Source: Promethearchaeota archaeon (GTDB lineage: Archaea; Asgardarchaeota; Lokiarchaeia; Sigyniarchaeales; SOKP01). From it: 64,000 nucleotides of DNA. Location of the stretch: contig JAEOUA010000001.1 of NCBI GenBank assembly GCA_016839555.1, positions 246,043 through 310,042 on the forward strand, given 5' to 3'. Under the pieces are notes generated by a model. It was given only the letters and a program-made list of their open reading frames with translations. It did no database searches and was not told the origin of the DNA. Within the stretch, counting starts at the first letter, position 1, and each line of letters starts with the position of its first letter. Of the stretch, positions 1-11,055 are shown one piece after another. The position numbers and the translations under genes are program-made.

Positions 1-589
1 GTTTTTTAGAACCCATTACTGCTCCAAAACCAGATCTTCCAGCAGCTCTCATTTTATCGTGAATTATACACGATATTAACGAAAGTCTTTCACCAGCAGG
101 ACCAATCGCAGCAATTTTTACATTTCTGTGCTTTTCAATTATCTTATCTTCCGTTTCATAAATATTTAATCCCCATAATTCATCTGCATCTAAGATTTGC
201 TTATCATTATTGATAATCGTAATATATTTAGGAGTTTCAGCTACCCCCTTAATTAATATCCCATCATAGCCACATTTCTTAATTTCTCTACCAAAATATC
301 CACCACAATTAGAATCGCCCCAAGTGCCCGTTAAAGGAGACTTTCCTGCAAGCATAACGCGTCCAGTTAGAGGAGCTATTGATCCCGTTAAAAGACCTGG
401 AAAATACCCAATTATGGCATCAGGACCTAGTGCATCCGTTTTTTTAGGCATATTTTCGTAAATTAATTTTACAGCAAGACCATAACCTCCCAAATATTGC
501 TGATATATCTCGTCTGGTAATTTTTCTTCTCTGAATGTTCCCTCCGATAAATCTATCCACAAAATTTTTCCATGATATGCATTAGGCAT
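1..589 (-). CDS. aor: Aldehyde:ferredoxin oxidoreductase (W/Mo AOR family), N-terminal part; runs off the window's left edge
   Basis: Manual translation from ATG at 589: MPNAYHGKILWIDLS...YLGGYGLA...GKSPLTGTWGDSNCGGYFGREIKKCGYDGILIKG, the typical AOR N-domain. Confidence 0.9.
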   Translation of the reverse strand, partial: MPNAYHGKILWIDLSEGTFREEKLPDEIYQQYLGGYGLAVKLIYENMPKKTDALGPDAIIGYFPGLLTGSIAPLTGRVMLAGKSPLTGTWGDSNCGGYFGREIKKCGYDGILIKGVAETPKYITIINNDKQILDADELWGLNIYETEDKIIEKHRNVKIAAIGPAGERLSLISCIIHDKMRAAGRSGFGAVMGSKK

Positions 590-768
590 TATTTTTATCT
601 AGTTTATTATATTATTATTAATTTATTATTTAGTCCATTTGCCTTAATAAAAGTTATGTTGAATGCCAATTCGGAATGAATTTAAATAAATGAGATAACA
701 TAAAATCTTTCTTATTTTTTAAAATTCTTTATAATACTAACTCTAACCACAAAAGTTAATTAAAAATA

Positions 769-1356
769 ATGATTAATCCATTTGGTATGGAAGACTTATT
801 TAATAAGCTTAAAAAACGCTTAAAAAACGCTGAAAGGATAGTTTTTATTGGAATTGGCGAAGTGAAGATGACTGATGATGCTGTGGGACCATATATAATA
901 ACGGAACTATTAGATAAAAAAAATGAAAGATTCCTTTTTATTAATGCGGGAATTGACCCATTAGCTAGAATTGACCAAATAATCGGATTTAAACCATCTC
1001 ATATAATTATTTTAGACACCTGTACTTTAAATAAGGAACCAGGAACAGTAGCGATAATTGAGCGTGAAAATATGACAGATCTGGTCCCAATTTCAACGCA
1101 TACCATACCTATTCATATTGTGATTGATTATATTATAGAAAAAATACCTAATGTTGATATTTTTATGCTGGGATTCGTTCCTGAAAGCATAGATGGATTT
1201 ACAATCTTGAAAATGTATGGGGAAGGAAAATATTCTATCCAAGAATTAAATGAAAATGAGGATCTACCCTTTTTCGGATTTCAATTAACGCCTACCCTTA
1301 AAAAAACCGCGAAACGAGTCATAGAAATAATTGAACAATTACTTCAAGTTATTTAA
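769..1356 (+). CDS. hycI: Hydrogenase maturation endopeptidase, HycI-like
   Basis: GIGE..MTDDAVGP, IIILD and ISTHTIPI motifs. Confidence 0.8.
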   Translation: MINPFGMEDLFNKLKKRLKNAERIVFIGIGEVKMTDDAVGPYIITELLDKKNERFLFINAGIDPLARIDQIIGFKPSHIIILDTCTLNKEPGTVAIIERENMTDLVPISTHTIPIHIVIDYIIEKIPNVDIFMLGFVPESIDGFTILKMYGEGKYSIQELNENEDLPFFGFQLTPTLKKTAKRVIEIIEQLLQVI

Positions 1357-1540
1357 ATTTTGATTAATATCTAACTATTTTCTATTTTATACCTTAATTG
1401 AACTGAGAAGGAAGTTCTTAGAAATTCAACTAATGATTAATTCTCGTATAAAACAAATTTCTTTTCTTAAATGGAATATTTTATTTGGTTCTTCTTTTAA
1501 CAATGATAAAAACTTTTTTACCTTTCTAACTTATTTTTAA

Positions 1541-2365
1541 TCATTTTCCTTTAAATTTAGGTGGTCGTTTTAATGCAAAAGCTCTTGTTGCTTCTCTGAA
1601 ATCATGAGTTTTTGTTATTGTTTGATTGTTTGTATTCTCCAAATCCAATATTTTAGTAAGAATATCTTTAAAATACGTGTGAATAGTTTTTTTCATTAGC
1701 TTTATAGCAACACTAGGACCTTTCGGAGGTATTAAACGTAATGCTTGTTCCCTTGCATATGGAATAAGTTGCTCTGCGGGAAGAACTTTATTTACTAACC
1801 CTAAAGTTTCAGCTTCCCTTGCGGTGATCTTATCACCAAGATAGAGTAATTCTTTTGCTTTTTGAAGACCTATTAATCGGGGTAGAATAAAATGTGTACC
1901 AAGAATCGGTAAAACGGCATTTCTTATATAATATAATCCCATCCATGCATCCTCGGACATATAAATTAAATCTCCTCCTAAAAGACAAATACTTACTGCA
2001 GAACCTATAGCAAGCCCGTTAATGGCAAATATGACAAGCTTGGAGAAGTCCCAAAATTTAAGAGCTATTTTTTTTTCTGCAACGTCTAAAAAATCAATCT
2101 CATTTTTGATTTCTGGTTTAATGTCTTGAAAACTTCCAAAATAATTTCCGGAAGAAAACGCATTAGCCTCTTCGCACCCAGTAAATATTAAAACATTAGC
2201 ATTTTTATCAAGTTCCATATCATTTAAAGCGGTTTCAATTTCTAAGAAAGTGATTTTTGACATTGCATTTTTTCTTTTTGGAATATTAAGAGTTATTGTA
2301 CAAATCCCATTTTCTTCTTTATTATATATTATTTCATTAAAATCTTCAATTTGCATAATATTCAA
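1541..2365 (-). CDS. Enoyl-CoA hydratase/isomerase (crotonase) family
   Basis: ITLN.PKRKNAM, AFSSG, FAINGLAIG, LPRLIGLQKAKELL, KRPPKFKGK. Confidence 0.9.
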   Translation of the reverse strand: MNIMQIEDFNEIIYNKEENGICTITLNIPKRKNAMSKITFLEIETALNDMELDKNANVLIFTGCEEANAFSSGNYFGSFQDIKPEIKNEIDFLDVAEKKIALKFWDFSKLVIFAINGLAIGSAVSICLLGGDLIYMSEDAWMGLYYIRNAVLPILGTHFILPRLIGLQKAKELLYLGDKITAREAETLGLVNKVLPAEQLIPYAREQALRLIPPKGPSVAIKLMKKTIHTYFKDILTKILDLENTNNQTITKTHDFREATRAFALKRPPKFKGK

Positions 2366-2601
2366 TTCAATTATTTAATTTTTGAAATAAATTAAGATTA
2401 TCTTTAGTATATTTATAACTTCTCTTTTTATCTATTATTAATTAAATCTTAAAAATTGAGGAAAATTGATTATCTTCAAAAAACAAAAAAAAATTTTGAT
2501 AAGACGATAAGAAATTAAAAAAAATACCAAATAAATTCTTTTTATTTTTAGGAAAGTAATTTTCTGGAATTCTACTTTGAATAATAAAGATTAAAAAAAA
2601 A

Positions 2602-2811
2602 TTAATCATCATTTTCTTCCAATTTTTCATTTTCTCCTAAAGTATTAATATAATCCACTATTAAATTTATAGTTTCATTTACTACTTTTTTTTCCTTTTC
2701 TTCTAATAATTGTTTGAACGCCTCTAAAAATTTTACTGCTTTCTCTGCATCATGTATTTTCCTAAGATAATTAGTTCCTTTTTTGTTTAGTGAGCCTCCC
2801 CATACAGTCAT
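2602..2811 (-). CDS. Small hypothetical protein
   Basis: 69-aa ORF co-oriented with the tusA/dsrE-like genes. Confidence 0.55.
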   Translation of the reverse strand: MTVWGGSLNKKGTNYLRKIHDAEKAVKFLEAFKQLLEEKEKKVVNETINLIVDYINTLGENEKLEENDD

Positions 2812-2885
2812 TTAAGAACAAAATCTATTTGATATGATTATATTTAATTAAGAAGATAAGATTTTTAAGAGTTTTTATCATAATC

Positions 2886-3113
2886 CTATTGCTTTTCGAT
2901 CTTTAAATAATAAGTTTTTCCTTGCGTTTTGAATTCTAAAACTTTATCCCCATGAGTTTCAACATACCTTTGAATATTTTCTCCTGCTTCTGGGAAATCT
3001 CCTTCAATTTCAAGAATATCTTTAGGATTCATTTGACTTAATTCTTTTTTTGTTTTTGCAACAGGCATTGGACAAACCAAGCCTGAGCAATCTAACTTTT
3101 TAGATTCCGGCAT
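2886..3113 (-). CDS. tusA: TusA/SirA sulfur carrier
   Basis: LDCSGLVCPMP motif. Confidence 0.9.
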   Translation of the reverse strand: MPESKKLDCSGLVCPMPVAKTKKELSQMNPKDILEIEGDFPEAGENIQRYVETHGDKVLEFKTQGKTYYLKIEKQ

Positions 3114-3127
3114 TTTTTCACCTCATT

Positions 3128-3496
3128 TCATGCAAAAAGTATCTTGTCTGCTTCCTTACACATTTCTAAGAAACCATGCATTGTTGTGGGGGTGCATCCC
3201 TCCATTAATTCATCTTCCTTCATTCCACGAGCTTTCATACATACACCACAGACTAAAACTTTTGCACCTTCTTCAATAACGTTTGCAAGCCACTGTCCCA
3301 CATTATCATAAGTTGTGGGGTCTTGATTTTTATGTCCTACCCATATTCCATCTTCAACGAGAAAAATATTTATCTTATGTCCATCCAACAGAGCAGTGTA
3401 AGCAAATCTGAGCATAGTATAGGGTCTCTCTGTGGTGTATTGTCCAGATCCGATGGCGATTGTGAATGTTAACTGTTTATCAGACAAATTTTTCAA
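3128..3496 (-). CDS. DsrE/TusD-family sulfur relay protein
   Basis: FLVEDG and VCGVCMKARG motifs; adjacent to tusA. Confidence 0.85.
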   Translation of the reverse strand: MKNLSDKQLTFTIAIGSGQYTTERPYTMLRFAYTALLDGHKINIFLVEDGIWVGHKNQDPTTYDNVGQWLANVIEEGAKVLVCGVCMKARGMKEDELMEGCTPTTMHGFLEMCKEADKILFA

Positions 3497-3660
3497 CCTA
3501 ATTCAATTTAATTGTTTATTATTAAGAAGGATAATATTAAATATTTATTAACCTTTTCGCTAATTTTTATTAATATAATCGATAAATAGCCAATAATTTA
3601 CAAAAATTGTTTTTTTAATGAAGAGAAATTTATTTAAATAATTACATTGAAGGATTTAAT

Positions 3661-4482
3661 ATGAAAGAAAAAGAACTGAAAAACAAAATAGCGATTATTA
3701 CTGGCGCTGCAGGAGGAATTGGAAAAGAAGTCGTCAAACTCTTTGACGAAAAAGGAATAAAATTAGTCTTGACAGATGTTAATTTAGAGCCTCTAAAAGA
3801 ATTAGAAAAGGAATTACACCAAGAGCCTCTCTTTATTTCTTGTGATATTAGAAACTTAGATGAAATTAAAGCTGTAATTTCAAAAGCAATTCAAACACAC
3901 GGGAAAATCGATATTTTGGTAAATACTGTTGGAATTATTATCCCCTCTCTTTTTGAAAATACTACTTATGAGGATATTCATAAACAAATTGATATAAATC
4001 TAATTGGCACTATTCAATTTACTAAAGAAATAATTCCTTTTATGAAGAAAGGTGGTGGAGGGAATATTGTAACTATCTCATCTTTAGCGGGAATCGTCCC
4101 TGAGACACATAGCTCAATTTATACAGCTAGCAAATTCGCATTACGAGGATTAAATTGGACTTTGAATTTGGAATTAGAAGATCATGATATTTTTGTTTCA
4201 ACAATTTTCCCCGATTCCGTCGACACTCCAATGCTCGAATATGAGGCTAAACATGGAGGTTCGCCTTTAACTTTCCTTCATGACCCAGTAGATCCTCAAA
4301 AAGTGGCGGAGGGAATTCTTAAAGCAATTTTAAAAAAGAAAGTGGAAGTATGTGTGCCGCATTCTGAGGGAATACTTTCAAAAATAATTATGTGTCTCCC
4401 AAGTCAAGTGAAGAGACTCTGGCCTAAATATGAAAAGAAGGGAGAAAAGAAACGAGAAGAATATCTAAAGAATTTAGATTAG
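3661..4482 (+). CDS. Short-chain dehydrogenase/reductase
   Basis: TGAAGGIG and YTASK motifs. Confidence 0.92.
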   Translation: MKEKELKNKIAIITGAAGGIGKEVVKLFDEKGIKLVLTDVNLEPLKELEKELHQEPLFISCDIRNLDEIKAVISKAIQTHGKIDILVNTVGIIIPSLFENTTYEDIHKQIDINLIGTIQFTKEIIPFMKKGGGGNIVTISSLAGIVPETHSSIYTASKFALRGLNWTLNLELEDHDIFVSTIFPDSVDTPMLEYEAKHGGSPLTFLHDPVDPQKVAEGILKAILKKKVEVCVPHSEGILSKIIMCLPSQVKRLWPKYEKKGEKKREEYLKNLD

Positions 4483-4483
4483 A

Positions 4484-4740
4484 CATTACAATTTTTTATT
4501 AATTTTATCGAGGCTAATAGTTGCTTTATAATCAGAAAGAGTAGAATCGAAAGAAAATCTGGCAGACGATAATAATTTTATTACATTTTTTTTAATCTTT
4601 TCTGAATACTCTGAATTAAGGAACTAACTACAGGGGAAATCAAAAACATAATAAAATGAATTAGTTTTTGAAGTTGGTTTTTTAGACACGAATTTTCCAA
4701 CGGTTTATGAACAAATGCTTCAAAAAGAGAAAATTTTTCT
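4484..4740 (-). pseudogene. Degenerate duplicate of the 3' end of gene 5566..6870
   Basis: 4501-4740 aligns without gaps to 5581-5820 (offset 1080 bp); contains an in-frame stop (TGG to TAG). Confidence 0.85.
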
Positions 4741-4758
4741 ATCTAAGTTCTTTTCAAG

Positions 4759-5562
4759 ATGATATTAATATATTTTAATAAATATTATAAAAATATCAAT
4801 ATGAAATCAGAAGTATATAAAAATATCAACAATATTAAGCTCCGAATGCGGATATTTGAGTCTAAAGATAGCGTATCAGAAGATTTAAAAGGAGCACTCA
4901 TATTTCTCCAAGGATCTGGAGGTGCACAATTTTTTCCTCAATGCAAGTACTTTGCAAAGAGAGGTATGGTAACTCTTACAGCACAATTTCGTGTGCCAAT
5001 CAGACATAAGAAATTTTGGCCATATTTTGAGAGTATTTCTGATGGAAAATCTGCCATTCGCTATATTAGAAGTAATGCTTCGAGATTTAATATTGATCCA
5101 AATAAAATTGCTGTTTCTGGTGCCTCTCAAGGCTCAATTTACGCATTAGGGTCCGCCTTAATCAAAGGTTTAGAATCTAAGGGTGAAGATCTTAATATTA
5201 GTTCAGAACCGAATGCTTTAATATTACTCAGTACGCCAATTCCATATTGGAAATTTATTATTGATTACATTCATAAACGAAGACCCAATGAAATAACCCC
5301 TATACATCACATTAAAGAAGAACTCCCTCCTACAATTCTCATTCATTCTATCGAAGATGCTATCGAAGATGTTAAGAAATTTACACGGAAAATGAAAGAT
5401 TTAGGTGATGATTGCGAATTATTTTCATTCGAAGGTAAAGAACATGGATTTATCAAGCGTGGAAGGTCTGATGATGGGAAGTATGACAATAACCCTTATG
5501 AAAAATCACTCGTTATAATAGATAAATTCCTTTCAAGATTAGGTTATCTTATTGTGGCGTAG
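4759..5562 (+). CDS. Alpha/beta hydrolase (esterase-like); probable start at 4801
   Basis: GASQG nucleophile elbow, IDPNKIAVSG, PPTILIHS.ED, HGF. Confidence 0.85.
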   Translation: MILIYFNKYYKNINMKSEVYKNINNIKLRMRIFESKDSVSEDLKGALIFLQGSGGAQFFPQCKYFAKRGMVTLTAQFRVPIRHKKFWPYFESISDGKSAIRYIRSNASRFNIDPNKIAVSGASQGSIYALGSALIKGLESKGEDLNISSEPNALILLSTPIPYWKFIIDYIHKRRPNEITPIHHIKEELPPTILIHSIEDAIEDVKKFTRKMKDLGDDCELFSFEGKEHGFIKRGRSDDGKYDNNPYEKSLVIIDKFLSRLGYLIVA

Positions 5563-5565
5563 ATA

Positions 5566-6870
5566 CTAAAATTTTTTTTTAATTTTATCAAAACTAATAT
5601 CCACTATATAATCAGAAAGAGTAGAATCAAAAGAAAATGTAGCAGAGGATAATACTTTTATCACATTTCTTTTAATCTTTTCTATATAATCTGAATTAAA
5701 GAACCAACTACGAGGGAAATCGAAAACATAATAAAATAAATTAAATTTAGAATTAGGATTCTTAGATAAAAATTTTCCAACAATCTGAGAACAAGCGCTC
5801 CAGAAAGAAAAAATATCACCTTGAACTAAAGTAGATTCATTTACAGGCTCTCGGCGAAACTCTTTCATAGATAAAATCATCATCAACGGCAAAGTGTATT
5901 TAAATTGAATTCTGGGGTGTTCATCTCCTAAAGAACTTTGAAATTGTTTCCAATCCGTTCCAATAAGAGCAAGACCTTCCTCAATTTTTGAATAATAAAA
6001 ATTTTCCGTTAAATATGGTTTCACAGTAATAAATTGAAAAATTCTTAAGGAGCATGCGATCCTCCATTTTAAATTCTGAGTATCTAATTGGAATAAAGAT
6101 TTTTCAAGATATTTCTTCTGTGATTCTTCTTTTTTAACTTTGAAGCAATGTGTAAATACCTCAGTTAAATTTGCACATATTTCATCATAATAATAGAAAT
6201 AATGATCATAAATCTGGGAGTAATTATATCCCCATATATCAACGAACGTAAAGACTTTTAATGTTTTAAATAAGATTTGAATATGATAATCAGAAATTGG
6301 TTTATTATCATCTTTTAAATCAGAATAGAGCGCGATACTTCCATAATAACTGCTCTCTCCCGTAAAAATTGTACCGATTAGTAAATGATGCTTAATTGAG
6401 ATTAAGATCAATTTTTTAATAATTTTAGAGAGATTAAAGCGGTCTAAAAAGTGGTGTTCTCTGATAAGTTTTTCTGATTCAATAGTATGCCACGTTCTAT
6501 TAAAGGGACGACTAAGATCATGATATAATAAAATAAGTGGAAAATAAAGAGGCTGGAATTCATATAATTCTTCCAATTGATTTCTTAAAATTATTATATT
6601 ATTTTTATTGATGTCTTTTTCAAATTGATTATTGATGATTGAAAAATAGTTATAAAGAGCGTGAAAAGTATGTCGTAAAGTTCTAAATGCCTCATATTTA
6701 TCTTGCTCTATCCCTTTTATCACAAAATCAAACCATTTTGGGAAGAGAATAGAGAGCTGTTTCACCTCTTCTGAATTAATTAGATCCGTCTCTGATATTT
6801 GCCAAATATTTAAGTTAGATTCTATAAAAATCTTTTCTAGTTTCTGATAGTAATTTTTTTCTAATTCCAT
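5566..6870 (-). CDS. Hypothetical protein with an HD-like domain
   Basis: RHTFHAL...LLYHDL...WH...KHHL...D pattern resembles HD phosphohydrolase domains. Confidence 0.55.
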   Translation of the reverse strand: MELEKNYYQKLEKIFIESNLNIWQISETDLINSEEVKQLSILFPKWFDFVIKGIEQDKYEAFRTLRHTFHALYNYFSIINNQFEKDINKNNIIILRNQLEELYEFQPLYFPLILLYHDLSRPFNRTWHTIESEKLIREHHFLDRFNLSKIIKKLILISIKHHLLIGTIFTGESSYYGSIALYSDLKDDNKPISDYHIQILFKTLKVFTFVDIWGYNYSQIYDHYFYYYDEICANLTEVFTHCFKVKKEESQKKYLEKSLFQLDTQNLKWRIACSLRIFQFITVKPYLTENFYYSKIEEGLALIGTDWKQFQSSLGDEHPRIQFKYTLPLMMILSMKEFRREPVNESTLVQGDIFSFWSACSQIVGKFLSKNPNSKFNLFYYVFDFPRSWFFNSDYIEKIKRNVIKVLSSATFSFDSTLSDYIVDISFDKIKKKF

Positions 6871-6885
6871 TATAAGCGTTTTAAA

Positions 6886-8118
6886 TTATAAAAAAATCCA
6901 TAAAAAAACTCCAACAATTATTCCTATAATTATAAGGAAAAAAACCCCTGCCCAAGAAAACAAGAAATTTCTTACATAATTAATTTTAAAATCTACCGCT
7001 TCATAAGGGCACAATTCAGCACAACAATAACAAAATATACATTTCTTTCTTTCCCAACTTGGAGTATTACCCTTCTTGATTATTTCTGGTGGAGTGATCG
7101 CATTACCAGGACAATTTTCCCAACAAGTAGAGCAAAGCCTGCATTTATTTGGATCAAATTTTATCGTAGCTCTGAACACCACATTTCCCATATAATCTGC
7201 TAACCATGATGGTAAAGGTACAGATACTGGATGCTTCCTTGGTATTTTAAATTTGCGAGAAACATCTTTTAAATTTTCCCCTAAGAATTGAATTTCCGAG
7301 ATATCAGAAGTCCCAAGATTTTTTTCTACTGCTTTCTCAATATATTTAACTTTTTGTGGATCGAGCCCAATAATTTTACATACAGCGGTATCTAAGGCCA
7401 CACCATCAAATCCCGCTATAATTAAATCCAACTTAACTATCTCTCCCTTGCTGGGACCTTTTCCTTCTTGACATAAATACCCATCAATTACAGTTAATTG
7501 TGGATTTGATACAGAATAAATATCGGCTAAAGCTGCAGAAAATGCATCTAAGGTTGAAAATCTCGCATGTGTTTTTGCTTTATTTCCCAAAATTAAAGTC
7601 CCAAACATATTTTTTATGCAGCAGGTTAATAATGTTTGCCAGTGGGTCTTTATTTTCGGAATATTGATAATTAAATCAGCTTCTTTTAATAATGGAGAAG
7701 AGACAAATTGCTCGAGGACTAAGGGATTTTTGACATCATATTTTATACGTTCTGTTTTTTCAAATGGAGTCCAATTTACATTTTCTTCTTGACATATCTT
7801 TTTTATTCCGCTCCCTTCAAATGCTTTTTCAGTAACTCCTGGTGATGATGTACCGCTTGATTCAGCAACGATAATATCATTCTGGTTATGATGCTTTATC
7901 CATTTTATCACCGCCCTAACTATTTCTGGATGAGTTGTTACTGCCCGCTCTGGCTCTTTACTCTTCAAAATATTAGGTTTAATTACAATCTTCATAGCAT
8001 TTTTATTAAATAATGATTCTGCATTTATTAAATCAAGAGCCTCAAAGACTGCACGTTCAATCTCATTGTTTTTAATCTTCACAATCGAGATCTTATTGTT
8101 TTTCATGGGAAAGTTCAC
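6886..8118 (-). CDS. DUF362 protein with two 4Fe-4S motifs and a C-terminal membrane anchor
   Basis: IKPN, TTHPE, PKIKTH, KNMFG; two CxxCxxCxxxCP motifs; hydrophobic C-terminus. Confidence 0.85.
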   Translation of the reverse strand: MNFPMKNNKISIVKIKNNEIERAVFEALDLINAESLFNKNAMKIVIKPNILKSKEPERAVTTHPEIVRAVIKWIKHHNQNDIIVAESSGTSSPGVTEKAFEGSGIKKICQEENVNWTPFEKTERIKYDVKNPLVLEQFVSSPLLKEADLIINIPKIKTHWQTLLTCCIKNMFGTLILGNKAKTHARFSTLDAFSAALADIYSVSNPQLTVIDGYLCQEGKGPSKGEIVKLDLIIAGFDGVALDTAVCKIIGLDPQKVKYIEKAVEKNLGTSDISEIQFLGENLKDVSRKFKIPRKHPVSVPLPSWLADYMGNVVFRATIKFDPNKCRLCSTCWENCPGNAITPPEIIKKGNTPSWERKKCIFCYCCAELCPYEAVDFKINYVRNFLFSWAGVFFLIIIGIIVGVFLWIFL

Positions 8119-8226
8119 ATTTTAAATATTAATTCATTTAAATAACAACTTTTAAAAAAAATTCTTTTTTTATTTTGGTATAATTTTATAATCTAAAAAA
8201 ATCAATTGATTAAAAAGGAGATACTT

Positions 8227-8409
8227 ATGAGTGTTAATATAAAAGAAAAAAGTGTAAAAATAATTGGAATCCTTATAGCTATTATTGGAGGTTTAATTGC
8301 TTTTATCGGTGGAATAAAAATAGGAAACGCTGTTGGAAACATATGGAATATTTTCGGGGGAATGGCTCTCGCAGCTATAGGAGGACATATCACCAACCTA
8401 ATTAAGTAA
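8227..8409 (+). CDS. Small two-TM membrane protein
   Basis: Gly-rich hydrophobic helices; AAGGAG precedes the ATG at 8227. Confidence 0.6.
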   Translation: MSVNIKEKSVKIIGILIAIIGGLIAFIGGIKIGNAVGNIWNIFGGMALAAIGGHITNLIK

Positions 8410-8666
8410 AATATCCTAAATTGCATCCTTTTTTTTATTTTAAATTTTTTATTAAGGATAATAGAAATAATTTATGAAATATAGACAAGAATTTAATATA
8501 TTCTCAAACTCACTTCTAAAATAAAAATAAGATTATTTAAGAAGAAAAATCAAGTACTAATTTATATAAAATAAGACCTTAGGTTTTTAATTATTATAAC
8601 TATGTTTAAAAATTAATTTAGATTTTTATGATTACATAAAAAACAATTCAATAGAGGTGGAATTAA

Positions 8667-9218
8667 ATGAAACAAATGACTCAACAAAATTTAATAAATG
8701 CCTTTGGTGGCGAAAGTATGGCTCATATGAGATACCTTCATTTTTCAAATACAGCCCAAAAAGAAGGGTATCCTAATGTAGCGAGGTTATTTAAGGCGAT
8801 TTCACATGCAGAATATATTCATGCTGGCGATCATTATAAGGAAATTAAACATTTAAACGGAGGTTTTGTAGCTAATAGTATGGGTGCTTTTGGACCAGGA
8901 GATACTTATAAAAATTTAGGTTTAGGTATCGATGGGGAGACTTTCGAAATAAATGAAATGTATCCCACTTATATTCAAACGGCTAAATTTCAAGAAGAAG
9001 GTGGAGCAGTCCGTACTTTTCAATGGTCTTTAAGCACAGAAAAAGAACATAAACGATTATTTGAAAAAGCAAAAACTGCTGTTGATAATAATAAAGATGT
9101 AGAATTAGTTGATGTCCAAGTATGTAGTGTTTGCGGTTATACTTTAGAAGGAGGAGCGCCTGATAAATGTCCAATTTGTGGTGCTAAGAAAGAAAAATTT
9201 GTAACCTTTGAAAAATAA
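8667..9218 (+). CDS. rbr: Rubrerythrin
   Basis: AFGGES, EYIHA, EKEH and C-terminal CSVCG...CPICG. Confidence 0.95.
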   Translation: MKQMTQQNLINAFGGESMAHMRYLHFSNTAQKEGYPNVARLFKAISHAEYIHAGDHYKEIKHLNGGFVANSMGAFGPGDTYKNLGLGIDGETFEINEMYPTYIQTAKFQEEGGAVRTFQWSLSTEKEHKRLFEKAKTAVDNNKDVELVDVQVCSVCGYTLEGGAPDKCPICGAKKEKFVTFEK

Positions 9219-9499
9219 CCAATAAACTTTTTATTTTTTATTTTAATAAATTTTGAAATCTATAAAATTCTGTTTATACTCAAAAGATTTTAATTAAACA
9301 AAAATCAACATGATCTTATTAAATACTTATAAATATCCCATAGTTCTTTTATATAATTCTTTAATAAAGAATAAAAATTTAAAAAAATAGGATATACAAA
9401 TCCTTATTGGTAAATATATACAAGTTAAAATCATTTTATGGATTTATAACTTGTAGATTTAACTTTTTATTTACCTAAAAAGAAACATACCCACAATAT

Positions 9500-9964
9500 T
9501 TAAGATTTTAATTTTATTCCATAATAGCTGCATAGTTCTTCATTATGCTTGGATGGAGAAACTGTCTCATATGTTTTTTCAATATTCCAATCTTCGTTAA
9601 TTAACCATGTTCTACGTTTAACTCTGCCTTGAGAAATTGCCCCAAAAGCTTTTGCTGCCTTTTTTTCTGGATCTGATAATAAAGTAAAAGGTAAATCATA
9701 TTTAGTTTGAAAATTTTTATGCGATTTCACGGAATCAGCACTTATCCCAATTATAGTTATATCTTTTTCCTCATACTCTTTAATTGAATCTCGGAAATTT
9801 GTCGCTTCTGTAGTACAACCTGGTGTGTTATCTTTGGGATAGAAGTATACTACTAATTTTTTTCCTTTATAATCATTGAGTTTTACTAAATCTCCATTTT
9901 GATTCAGCAATTCGATATCCTCTGGTGCCGGATCTCCTTTTTTTAACATATATTTTACCTCCAA
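9500..9964 (-). CDS. bcp: Peroxiredoxin, BCP/PrxQ type
   Basis: YFYPKDNTPGCTTEA motif. Confidence 0.95.
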   Translation of the reverse strand: MEVKYMLKKGDPAPEDIELLNQNGDLVKLNDYKGKKLVVYFYPKDNTPGCTTEATNFRDSIKEYEEKDITIIGISADSVKSHKNFQTKYDLPFTLLSDPEKKAAKAFGAISQGRVKRRTWLINEDWNIEKTYETVSPSKHNEELCSYYGIKLKS

Positions 9965-10218
9965 TTAATATTGTTCTTCTATTAATATTTGTTTTATTTC
10001 TGTGAGAAAAAAGATATTTAAAATTAAATATAATTTGGTTTTAAAATATACATAACTCCAGTTAGAGTCGTATATCAATAAATCTTTCTTTTTAATATTT
10101 TAATATTTTAAAAAATGGTGATTCTTACAAGATCTTAGGTTTCTAATTCTTATTCTTTTTTATTTAGTTTGCTATAATTTCCATAGCTTTTAAAATAATT
10201 ATTCTTTTTTACTTTATT

Positions 10219-10917
10219 ATGAACTTAAAAACAATATTAAAAAAACCATTTGAAAAACTTTCACTGCCCTATTGGGGGATTATTGCTATCATTATTCTTG
10301 CCATAGGTTCTTTAGTTCCTTCAATCGCTTATTCAGGAAAGGATGGAGAAGCTTATAGTTTTCTTAACCATGCAATCTCAGAGCTTGGAGAACTGGGAGT
10401 CTCTGAATTAGCAATTCTATTTAACATTTGTGTATTTTTTGGAGCTCTATTTACATTGATTTTCTTTATAGGATTATCTTTTTATATCAATAACATAATT
10501 TCCTCGATTGGGGGAATAATCGGAGTAATTTCATCACTAGGTGGGGTTTTTGTGGGGATCTTTCCCATGAATTACCTTGTTCCCCATTATATTGCTGCTA
10601 TGACTTTCTTTTTTGGAGGAATGCTTACCGTTGCCGTATTCTCAATCGCTATTCTTTTTGATAAAGAGAAAAAAATACATTGGATTTTCTCTCTTCTAGG
10701 GTTTATCGTGGTGGTATTTTTTGCTTTATTCTTGTTTTATCCATATGCTGAGACTTATCGTGTTAATCCTGCATTAAGTATTTTGTATAATCTCTTTTAT
10801 GATCGTCCCGCATTTTTATTGCCCTCCTTTTTCGAATGGATGACACTGATCACCATTATGATTTGGGTTGGATTACTTTCTATAGTATTTTTAATCAAAA
10901 AAGTTAATCTTATCTAA
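10219..10917 (+). CDS. DUF998-like membrane protein
   Basis: YSFLNHAISELG, VGIFP..., FEW; multiple TM helices. Confidence 0.75.
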   Translation: MNLKTILKKPFEKLSLPYWGIIAIIILAIGSLVPSIAYSGKDGEAYSFLNHAISELGELGVSELAILFNICVFFGALFTLIFFIGLSFYINNIISSIGGIIGVISSLGGVFVGIFPMNYLVPHYIAAMTFFFGGMLTVAVFSIAILFDKEKKIHWIFSLLGFIVVVFFALFLFYPYAETYRVNPALSILYNLFYDRPAFLLPSFFEWMTLITIMIWVGLLSIVFLIKKVNLI

Positions 10918-11055
10918 CTTTTTTTTATTTTTTAATCTGAACTGTTTTTACATTTTAAATATGCTAAAAGACCCAAAAAGAATCTAATTACCTGTAATAG
11001 TTAAAAAAAGAAAAAACAAAGGAAATATTAAAAAAATTTTAAAATAAGGATTTTA

